Assembly: GCF_004010195.1 (NCBI RefSeq)
Contig: NC_057718.1
Span: forward strand, 35,125,777-35,189,776
Reading direction: 5' to 3'
Length of the DNA: 64,000 nucleotides
DNA from: Chiloscyllium plagiosum
Lineage: Eukaryota
Shown: piece after piece, positions 53,251 to 64,000 of the stretch
Layout of the letters: each line of letters begins with the position of its first letter
How positions within the stretch are numbered: position 1 is the stretch's first letter
Notes under the pieces: generated by a model
Databases searched by the model: none
The model's input: the letters and a program-made list of their open reading frames with translations, nothing else
What the model was told of the DNA's origin: nothing
Translations under genes and position numbers: made by a program

Positions 53251-54430
53251 AGGCAGCAACAATGTGTTTGATGAAACACAGCATTGCTCCTTAGGAACAT
53301 TGATGGGTCAACAATGAGAGGGAGGCAAACATCAGAAAGACACAAACTAGAAGCTCAGAATTATCATGGAAGTGCACTCCCAACCATTGTACCCAGATCT
53401 TAATGGCCTAAGTTTCTGTAGGTGAGTTCCCCTTTAAATACAGCTTGCATTCACATTGGTCAGATCACAAAACCATTTCCACTTGCTTTTACTCACTGCT
53501 TTGGTGCCAGGCAGGATTCTGACTCGACCAGTTAAAATCACATCAGGGTTTAAATTATGCCATTGGATTTTTGATCCAATTTATTCATCAAGTACCTGAA
53601 GAAGAAGGTTCAATGGGCTGAATGGCCTTATGATTATTCCAACCTAGTTGCCATTGGGTTGGCTTCAGATGGGGTGCTGTCCAGATTTCTGGTGGGAACG
53701 GCATGCTAAAATCACACTTATGTCCATAACTGTTCATCCACAGGACTTTGTTGGGTAGCTTGTGTTAAAATGAGGGCCTGGATTCTGATTCCTCCAACTA
53801 CAGTTTACATTGAAAGCAGCTGTTGGAGTCCTTTTTTGCTCAGTTTAATGTTTTGAGCCTGTAACTGAGATCAGGGGGTTCAAGTTCTGATTGTCCGTCT
53901 GAGTTGCATTTGCTGATCTCCTCTTGAGTGGTAGTAGGGTTACTATCATTGGCCCCCACATCCCTGGGCTAGGAGAAGGAAAATTCAGCCAAGATTCCTA
54001 ACACAGTGATGGTCCAATGGCTTGTACTAAAAACTCTGATTGCTGAGTAAGGACAGAATTGGACACGTCTGGAAGCAGTTGAGTAAATTGCTGATATTCA
54101 GACTCAAACTTGAAGCATTCCTTGGACCTAGCAACAGCAGTAACTTTAGAAAAGAAGGGAAAACAAAGATGGGATGGAGTGAAAAAAAACCTTTTCCTGT
54201 CAATGTACTTTGTTAGCTACATGGTACTATAAATCATAATGACATTCACAACCAATTGGGATTGCAATGTCTTGATGGAAAGAAGGTGTTGTAAACTTGA
54301 TACTGACAGTTCTGGTACATAAACACACAAATGGAGTGCATCTGTTTCCACTGGAGTTCTTGCTTGTTTCCAGCATTCCCAAACATGATTTTGTTTTTAC
54401 TATTTCTTGTAAGTTTTGGTACTGTCTTAC

Positions 54431-54520
54431 CCATTTTTGTTCAGTGTAATTTATGTAACAGCACATGGGTTGTCCAAACCCAAGTAGACAAATGATAAAG
54501 GATAGAATACTGAAATCCAT
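54431..54520 (-). CDS. Candidate first coding exon with signal-peptide-like sequence, MDFSILSFIICLLGFGQPMCCYINYTEQKW
   Basis: ATGG start, hydrophobic N-terminus, strong donor TGG|GTAAGA. No homolog recognised. Confidence 0.3.
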
Positions 54521-56639
54521 TGACTCGTATTTTCACTTAGTGGCAGAAGCATACATTCTGTGCTGTGTTCCTCAAAAATAGCCTCTTATTTCCCCCCAAT
54601 CAATCTGTTCAGAGATGTCAATACATACCTCTTGAATAGGTCTTGCATCTAGATCTCCTGGCCCAGAGATAGGGACACAACCATTGCAACAGAGGAGTGC
54701 TTCAAGAGCAGCCTCTTTCAGCCTGCTCCTATATTGAGCACAAGTAAGTCCACAGCTAGTACCCTGAATACAACAAGCACATCATTAACAACAGTGGCAC
54801 ACAGGTCTAGATAAGAACACATTCCCTCAGTTTTCTCCCAGTTACCAGAACAGATAATTCTGATTTCTATCATTTTATATCTCTTAACAAGGAGGCAAAT
54901 GCTGCAACATAGTTTATGTATTTTTGTCAAAACATTTCAACATGGCATTGAGTCCTTAATTTATGTCACAGCACACAAGGGGTTAACAAATGTGGATTAA
55001 AGGGTTAATGATTCCAATCTCCAATAACAGCTACTGAGTGTATGGATCTGTGTTGTCATAATGTTAGATCAAATGGGACTGAGACCTGATGGAACAAGGC
55101 AATAGTATAGCTTTGCTCTACTAAGCTTATGATATATGAAATGAATGTTAACATTAATGTTGCACTAACCTTGTGTTCAACCCTCATCTGTCTCGAGCTC
55201 TTAATGATAATCCTACAACTTGCCAACACCTGGTTTGCTTTTAACTGAAATCCCAGGCTTAAGGCAGGTGAGGCCTGAGTGAGTTTGTAGCATTTTGCTG
55301 GTAAAAGATGCAGGCATTTTACTTCTGTGAGCTGCAGGTTAATTGTCCGTCAGTAAAGGACAGAAAGCAGCAGCTGACCAGTGCAGAGTGGGGGATGAGA
55401 GTGGGGATTTGAGGGTCCACAGAGGAACATGTGACAGAAATTGGATAAGCCAAAGGGAGTGAGTTTTTCATGAGAGGGAAGGGGGGGATAGAAATCTACA
55501 GCAAGGAAGGCATTGGTTTCCCTCATGGATCCTGCTCCTCCTGGCTCTTGAAAGGAAAGTTTCTTGCCTTTCTGAGAGGATATTTTCATCCTCCCCAACA
55601 GCTGGTTTCCACCATGGTTCCACTGCTCAAACTCGGTTAAATGTATTCCCAACTCACTGATAACCAGCTCTCCCCCTGCTGCCATCTGTCCCCTAATAAC
55701 GGTAATTAGATTAGCTGTCCTGTGCTTGGCCATTTATTTACTTTCCATAATTTTTGCACCGCTATTAAAAATAACTTTTGCATCTATCAACACGCCAACT
55801 GCATTTCTATAATGGGTTTAACATCAGGAGAGACATTCCAAGGCACTTAGAGATATAAGGAAAATGATATTAGCTGGGAGGCCACAAGCTAGGCCAAAAA
55901 AAATGGGCTTTCAGCTAAGTCTTAAATGGGGACAGGGAGTTGGAGAAGCAGTTGATTTAAGAGAAGGACTTCAGCAGCCTTGGCAGTTCAAGATATGGCT
56001 GCCCATTGGGGCTGGAGAGGAAGGGATGCTCAATAGGACAGAATCAGAAGACCTGTATTTTCAATGTCAGGGTGGTAAAGCTAGAAGAGGGTGCAAACAA
56101 AATAAGGAGTTTTGGCACTGCAAGGCTTTTTAAACACAAACATTGGAATTTTAACTTTAGAGTTGTGGGAGAGACTGGGAATTGAGATAGGTAAGTGAGA
56201 GTCCTACCATTCATACCTCTTCTCGACTCATATTTTATCTCCTTGCCAGTCCCATTACTAATCCCTTTGACCTTGCACCATGAACCCTTTTGTCATTTAG
56301 TTTCTCCTGCCCAATCACAAGCAATCTTCTTTATCCTGCCTGCCATTCTTCCCACCTTTCAAATGCCCAAAACCGATTGTATTCCTTCCTTCTCCCAATC
56401 CAATTTAAAGGTCATAAATTTATAAAGTGAACCCTGTTTCTCGCTCCACAGATGCTGCCAGATCTGCTGAATGTTTCCAGCATTTTCTGTTTCTGAGTGG
56501 GAAAGGCGATGAGCAAACAGAATTTGGTACGTGACAGAATAAAGAAATAATTTTCTGGGGGAGCTGATGTTTGTGGAGGGTAGAGGTTAAGATGGCATGG
56601 AAGGATGTATTGGAATCATTGACTTAAAGAGACCCAAAG

Positions 56640-58680
56640 GTACAAATGAAGGTCACCTCCTCTTATCTCCATTGGACCATGACCCACCTTTGCACAGCAG
56701 ACTATTGTGTCCCCAAACAGTCACTCATTTCATTCCATCTGGTGATTGCGCCCCCATGGTGTCCAAACTCATAGTCTCCCAACCACACACAGTTCCTTCT
56801 TCTACCTCCTTCACAGAATCCACAAACAGGACTGCCTGGGCAAACCCATTGTTTCTGCCTGCTCCTGCCCAACTGAACTCATCCCTTCCTACCTCGACTC
56901 GACTTTTTTTCTCCCCTGGTCCAGTGCCTTCCCACTTACATCCCCAATTCCTCTGACACGGTATGTCAGCTTCAGAATTTCCAGTTTGCAGGCTCCAGCC
57001 ACTTCCTCTTTGCCATGGACATGCCCATTCCCCACCAGGACAGTCTCAGGGCTCTCTGCTTCTTCCTGGAGAAAAAATGCCTGAACTGTCCCCATCCACC
57101 ATCACCATCCTCTGCCTGGCTGGGCTCGTCCTCATTTTAAACGACTTCTCTTTTAACTCAGCTCACTTTCTTCAGATCAAAGCAGTGGCTATGGATACCT
57201 GCATGGGCCCCAGTTATGCCTGTCTATTTGTGGAACATTCCTTGTTCCAGTCCTATTCTGGACCCTATTCGCAACACTTTCTCCGGTACATCGATGACAT
57301 GTTTTGTGCAGCTTCCCTCTCTCTTCAAGAATTGGAAATGTCTATCACTTCTGCTTCCAATTACCACCATATTCTCATCTTCATCCAGTCCAGCTCTGAC
57401 TCCTTCCTTTCCATCCTCGACATCTCTGTTTCCATTTCTGGGGATAGGCTAGTCACCAATATCCACTAAAAGCCCACTGACTCCCACAGTTACCTTGACC
57501 ACACATCCTCACACCCTGTTTCCTGTATAGACTTCATTCCATTCTCCTAGTTCCTCTGTCTCTGCTGTATCTGCTCTGATGATGCCAATTACAACAAGGG
57601 GGCCTCTGGCGTGTCCAAGGATTCCGCACCACCATGGTTAAAGGGGCGTCAGTTGTGTCTGACCCATCTCCTGAACTTCAGCCCTCACCCTTTCTCTCCC
57701 TTCCCATAACAGCAATAGGGAGCCCCCTGTCCTCACTATCAACCCATCATTAGTCAGCATTTCTGCCACTTCTAGAGGTGATGCCAATATCAGACACATA
57801 TTCTCCTCCTCTGTCTTGTCAGCCTTTCATGGATACCTTTCCCTTCAGAAAATATTGGTCCACTCTTTCCCCACTTCTGACAGCATCCCCTTCCAGCCCC
57901 ATGGTACCTTCCCTTTGCAATTGCAGAAGGTGTAACATCTGCCTGTTTACCTCTTCCCTGCTCCATATCCAAGGCCCCAAACACATTTTCCAGGTGAAGC
58001 AGTGCTTTACTTGCTCTTCACACAATCTAGTCTACTGTATTCGCTGCTCACAACGTGGTCTTCTCTGCATCAAGGAAAGGAAACACAGAATGGGTAACTG
58101 TTTTGCAGAACGCCTATGTTCTGTCCACAAAAACGACCCTGAGCTCCCAGTTGCCTGCCATTTCAACCACCTTGTTCCCTGGCCACATCTCTGTCTCAGA
58201 CTTGCTCCAATGAAGCTCAGCATAAGTTGGAACAACACCTCATTTTTGGCTTGGGAACTCTACAACCTTATAGACTCAATATCAAGTTCATTTATTTTCA
58301 GGTCTGAGCACCTTCTTCCATGTTCTTACCCCAACCCCACACACCAGACCTTGTCATTAGTTGGGCTGCTACCACACACAATCCATTGTCATCTACTAGT
58401 GGTCCCCATTCAGAGCTATTGGTTCTCCCAGGCTGATCTTAGCCCATTCCTTTGTCTGCCCACCTGTTTTTCTCTCCCACTCCATGCCGTGCTTCATCTC
58501 CACCTATCAATCATTCCCCTCACTCCCCCATCTCCCCAGCCCCATCCTCAGCATATATACCAACGCTTCCCTAGCTAAAATCAATTCTGAAGAAAAGTCC
58601 CCAGACTTGAAATATTAACTCTGCTTTTTATCTACAGATGCCGCCAAACCTGCTGAGTTTTTCCAGCAATTTCTATTTTT
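56640..58680 (+). mobile_element. Penelope-like retroelement, decayed RT and GIY-YIG
   Basis: RT motifs QIKAVAMDTCMGPSYACLFV and FLRYIDD. Endonuclease motif FTCSSHNLVYCIRCSQRGL. Many frameshifts and stops. Confidence 0.92.
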
Positions 58681-58819
58681 GTGCATGAATGAAGGCGTTG
58701 GCACAAGATGAACTGAGGTAACTTTGCATATAGGTAATATTTCAGAGGCAGAAGGCAAGAATCCTTGAGTAGGCAACTCAGCTCAGTGTTGAACAGGACT
58801 TGTTAAAGATTTTTAACCT

Positions 58820-59133
58820 TTTAGATTAGATTACTTACAGTGTGGAAACAGGCCCTTCGGCCCAACAAATCCACACCGACCATCCGAAGAGCAACCCACC
58901 CAGACCCATTCCCCTACATTTACCTCTTCACCTTACACTACGGGCAATTTAGCATGGCCAGTTCACCTGACCTGCACATCTTTGGACTGTGGGAGGAAAC
59001 CGGAGCGCCCGGAGGAAACCCACGCAGACACGGAGAGAATGTGCAAACTCCACACAGACAGTTGCCCGAGGTGGGAATTGAACCCGGGTCTCTGGCGCTG
59101 TGAGGCAGCAGTGCTAACTACCGTGCCACCGTG
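58820..59133 (-). mobile_element. HE1-like V-SINE (well preserved)
   Basis: Complete head, core and (TCTAA)n tail, with CpGs retained. Confidence 0.93.
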
Positions 59134-60244
59134 TAGGTATAATGTACACTCCTGGTACAATGACGATCAGGGATGTTCATATTCCAATTTCAATCATTGT
59201 AAAAGCAGAACACAAGAATAAAATTAAGAAAAATAATATCTTTTTTGAAAACTAAGTGTCTTCTTTTATTTTTGTACTTCCACTCTGCAGCTCCTGCAAC
59301 TATTAGCTTTTACTAGCATGGTTTTCTGAATAGCAACACCTTTCCAATAGATTTTCCTTCGTGTGTGGACATGACCTGATCACCTGTGGGTTGGATACTT
59401 TAAGCAAGCTTGATCATGTTTCTTATGCAAGGTCCAAGCAAAACATAATACTGGTATTTTTAAAAAGTTGCTGAGAAGGTCCAACCCAAGCTTTAAAGGC
59501 ACACAATACAGCACGTCCTTCAGTTAAAATCACTTCGGGCTGTACTTGTGTCACACAGTTCAATAAATTCAATCATTCTTAGCATCCTGCTTCAGGATGT
59601 ACAGACTGGCTGCAGCACGTCCCGCTTTCAATACAAATACGGCCATTTGGACAGAGACAAAAATAGAACTGCATTTTATAATACGCTCTGTGAGCTTTTT
59701 TTAAAAAAAAACATGTACCTTGTTCAGTGAGAAAATCTCCATTCTACAAAATAACTTTTGTGCAGCCAACTCCAGGCCAAGGAAATTAGTGATGTGTGTG
59801 GCACACCACAACCTGTTGAATCTAATTGTAAATCTCACAGTTGATAGACAATGAACTGGAAATCCTTTATGTTTATGTCAGCAAACACAGAGCTCAATCT
59901 ATGAAAGGAGTGGGAACATATTTTTGAGATAGTAAAGGGACGCTGAAGGCGAAGTTATTTATTTTCACTCCATGTACCAAACACTACATTGCTATACTTT
60001 CACAGGGTTTCATTGTTCTCACAATACTGAGACTTCAGTGACATCCTAGGCAAAATATTAACTTTGTGCCACAGTGCAAACCATCTGAAGGTGAGTCACC
60101 CGCTTGCTTGATATCTTTCACACCTAAAATCCACAAGTGTACAAAGCCAAGTGTATCCTGCTTTGGCTTAATCACTAGACATTAGGATCCTTGTCAGTTA
60201 TTTGCACTGATGTCTGCATGGTCCTGACCTGTTTGTTAAGTAAC

Positions 60245-60600
60245 TTAGAAACATAGAAAGTAGGACTAGGAGAAGGACATTCACCCTTTCGAACCTGCTC
60301 TGTCATTCAATATGATCACTGCTGATCATCCAACTCAGTACCCTGTTTCTGTTTTGTCCTCATACCTTTTGAATGGTTTAGCCCAATTACTATATCTAAC
60401 TCCTTGAAAACATTCTATGATTTAGTGTCAACTGCTTTCTGCAGAAGAGAATTCCACAAGCTCACCACTCCCTGCGTAAATATATTGCTCTTCATCTCAG
60501 TCTTAAATGGACTACTTTGTATTCTTAGACTGTGATCCCAGGTTCTGGACTGCCAAGTCATTGGGAACCTCTTTCCTGCATTTATCCTGTTTAATCCTGT
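60245..60600 (-). mobile_element. CR1 LINE 3' end
   Basis: SRTWDHSLRI...FTQGVVSLWNSL and a CR1 tail. Confidence 0.85.
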
Positions 60601-63565
60601 GAAATACCTGAGGTCTCTTGGGTTCTCCTGTCCATTGATTTCAATATCATTACGGTTTAGATGGCGAGCAAATTCAATCTTTATAAAGTGGAGCAAAGGG
60701 TGTGAGAAGACACTTGAAAACACGCAGAGTGCCAGTAAGGGCTGAAGGCTTCAATAGAATAGAACAGGGCATAATAGTTGAAACAGCAGCCAGCACTGGT
60801 GGAGAACAGAGGATGGACAAGAGGAGCCGGCAAATATCACAGGAGTAGATACATAAAGATAGGACTGAAAGGAGTCACTGAGTTATGGATTGGTAAGGCC
60901 CATGGATATACTGAGGCCACAGATTTTAAATTAATCTGACTGAATGCAAGGAGCCCATGGTTTGTGATGGAAAGGAAATTTGAAATTTGGTGATAATTGC
61001 AGACAGAAAAAGGAATCGTGCTAAGGTTTTCGAGAAGGGCAGTGATTATGACTAGCTCAAAGATGATAAGATGATCATCCTATCCTCATGATATCAAGAT
61101 GTGGAGGTTGGAGGCGATCTCATTTTTGAGTGTGACAGTTTTGGGACAATGGGTAGGCTTTGCTGTGGAAAGGAAGCACCAAAAAATCTAAGACCATTGC
61201 AGCATGGAATTTGAGTCAAGGCTACAATTTGTGAAAAACTGCCCAGTTTCCTAAAGCATCTAAGCCCTGAATGACAGCGATTGTTCCCTGATGTTCACCA
61301 GTGTCACTTTGAGTCAGCTACTAAAAATGATGCTGGAGCAGTTCAGAGTGTTGACTATCTCATTCCCCACCCTACCTTTCTTTGGGAATGTGATCCTTGG
61401 TCTGAGTTCAGCTTTTTAATATAAGCATAGGCAGAATTCAGCTGGTATGTATCAAACCTGCCATTCCCCATATACTGCAGTGCACAAGCATGTCACCACA
61501 TACACCATTACTCTTTTAAACAAAGCCAGGAAAACAAAACCTTGTTTTACAATTCCAAGGTAGAATCTGCAACAATTCGCACTGAATAATTTCTTACAGA
61601 GTTTCAAAATATAAACACAAAGCACATTTTCAAATAAACCAGAAACACAGTTATTGTAATAATAGTTCCTGCAGACAATATGGCCACCACTGCATCAGAA
61701 ATATCGAATATATCACCCTTCTCAGCACAGCTGTCAGTTTTGTCTTGCAAGCTACTCTTGCATAACAAAAAAAATCTCATTCAACATATGATGATCTTTC
61801 TATTTGTAGCTCCTGGGTCAGCAGCAAGCGAACACATACCACTGACCCACACTGTACTCATCTCCCATTGAGTGGAAATGTTAGCATGTCTGTATCTGAT
61901 ATTGTATGAAATTTTACTAATGATTTGGCACGTTATTCCTGGACTGAATGAATGAACAGTAAGGTAGCTGCACAGCTATAACATAGACTTCATTTTGACA
62001 AAAGTTATGCAACAAGATTCTTGTCTACGCTTTCTTTTCAGATATATGTTTACATGAGTGACAACTGTCTAACAAATACTAAACAGAGCCAGTGTGATTT
62101 TATTACCATCAAAATAATGAAGACAGATGCAAATGAAAGCCATACAAAATGATGTTTTTTCTGTTTGTAGGTAATGATAGCCATTAAGTGAGTTATATAT
62201 ACCATCTTGCAAAGCAAAAACACTGTGGATGTGGATTGTTCCTCTGTAACTCAAGTTTGAGAAAGAAAAACAAAAAGTTGCATATGATTGCAGCCATATT
62301 GGATATCCTGTTTAGGGTCTTCAGAGCTTTCATTCTGCAAGCTGATACAGCCACCCTACTGTAAGATCTAGCTGCTTACATACATGCATAAAGATGTACT
62401 GATTAAATGTGTGAATATAATTTTTATTCTTTTCACAGAGAAGCATATAAAAAAAATTATGCCACATACCACAGAGTTCCCTCAATGGAAAGTTTTTTTA
62501 ATATGTTGAGGTTTGCTACAGACACTGGCTGTGAGCTGAGGTATTTGCTTTGCCTGAGAAACAAGTGTGAACGTATGTGAAAGATCAGCAGGAAATGAGT
62601 TAAGATGTGCCAGCATCCTCAGGCTATTACCTATTGTTTATCAGCCACTTGTTGAGGCAGAACTCAAGGAGCTGATGGCATCAAGACTTGATTCAAGATG
62701 TTCATATGATTATCGAATGGGGAAATATGGCAATTTGCCCACAATGAGTAGACAATGGGTGTAATTCACTTTGGATTTAATGAATACATAGCAATTCAAT
62801 AAGGAAAGTCAGTTGCTAGTAGTGTGTTATTTCTCTTATTTTTGTATTGACTTAACTATCACCAATCATAGGACAAGACCAAACCAATTAGCAGGAAGTC
62901 AAAACTAATGCCTGTCCCTTTAAGAAAATTTCGCACAATTCCTGTTTTGTTCCTATAATCTTCTGTATGTTTATGGCTCCCCCATGTGGGCAGCTTCAGT
63001 ATTTTAGCTAGGAGGGCAAATTGGTGAAGTATTTCAATCAACTTGTATTTTGAGTGGTGAGAAGTTACAGGAAGAAAATAAAACACATTACTCAAGAAGA
63101 TTGAGTGGAATATGTACCCAGGACACCCCATTCCTTGATGTTTCTTTACTGGGAAAGTACTCTCCATAACTTATCATGCTAAAGTTAATTAGTTTCAAGA
63201 TTAACATTTTGCAGTCCCTTCGAGGGACAACAATCACAGATAATTTGGCTCGAATATGATTTATGAACCAATCACTCAAAAATGTAACCGAAGTGTCCGA
63301 TTTAAAATCTAGGATGGAAAGACATTTTGACTAACATACTGATCCAAATCCAACAATTAGTTTGCAACATTTCTGGAGCTGGCTTCAGTGCATTTCTGGA
63401 CTAAATTAGATAACTTACCTCATCAACCCAGGATCAATGGAGATTAAAATTGGACAAAGTGTAAACCAGTTTCCTCAAGGCAGGTGAGGTTAAAATTGAC
63501 TGCAGAGTTTTAGCAGCCTTGTCAATGGAACACTACATGGAGACCTCAGCTGGGAGGCCAAGTAA

Positions 63566-64000
63566 CTAGAGTCATAGAGATGTACAGCATGGAAACAGAC
63601 CCTTCGGTCCAACCTGTCCATGCCGATCAGATATCCCAACCCAATCTAGTCCCACCTGCCAGCACCCGGCCCATATCTCTCCAAACCCTTCCTATTCATA
63701 TACCCATCCAAATGCCTCTTAAATGTTGCAATTGTACCAGCCTCCACCACTTCCTCTGGCAGCTCATTCCATACACATACCACCCTCTGCATGAAAAAGT
63801 TGCCACTTAGGTCTCTTTTATGTCTTTCCCCTCTCAACCTAAACTTATGCCCTCTAGTTCTGGACTCCCTGACCCCAGGGAAAAGATTTTGTATGTTTAT
63901 CCTATCCATACCCCACATAACTTTGTAAACCTCTATAAGGTCACCCCTCAGCCTCCGATGCTCCAGGGAAAACAGCCCCAGCCTGTTCAACATCTTCATA
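63566..64000 (-). mobile_element. CR1/HER1-like LINE 3' end
   Basis: ORF 63646-63999 contains LGLFSLEHRRLRGDLIEVYK...WNELP. Close inverted match to 1-395. Confidence 0.93.

Noticed and set aside
56597..58578. Intact RT or endonuclease gene
   Set aside because: The Penelope motifs are split over frames with stops, so this is a dead copy.
63417..63498. Minus-strand coding exon with donor GAG|GTAAGT
   Set aside because: All three frames from the CTGCAG acceptor at ~63499 contain stops.
1..64000. Inverted near-identical sequences at the two window ends as termini of one giant element
   Set aside because: Both are ordinary CR1/HER1 3' ends, a family with several other copies in the window.

Overview
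Repeat-rich, gene-poor eukaryotic DNA with three N gaps (2193-2755, 6770-6997, 44167-44358). The repeat content suggests a cartilaginous fish, probably a shark (inference). It includes CR1/HER1-type LINE 3' ends, HE1-type V-SINEs, Deu-domain SINE relics, Penelope-like elements with hammerhead-ribozyme-like cores, a Rex1/Babar-type LINE, a decayed gag-only Gypsy element and a TA-flanked MITE. I cannot identify any host gene. A few minus-strand segments with good splice signals could be exons of an unrecognised, possibly secreted protein. The most striking structures are: a ~5.2 kb array of a quasi-palindromic 24-bp unit next to a CpG-rich, promoter-like region; an 87-bp inverted repeat at ~23.1-23.5 kb that matches no repeat I recognise; TSD-flanked Penelope insertions with inverted ends; and a ~120-bp direct duplication. 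Repeat-family names come from motif recognition, not database searches, and most repeat boundaries are approximate.
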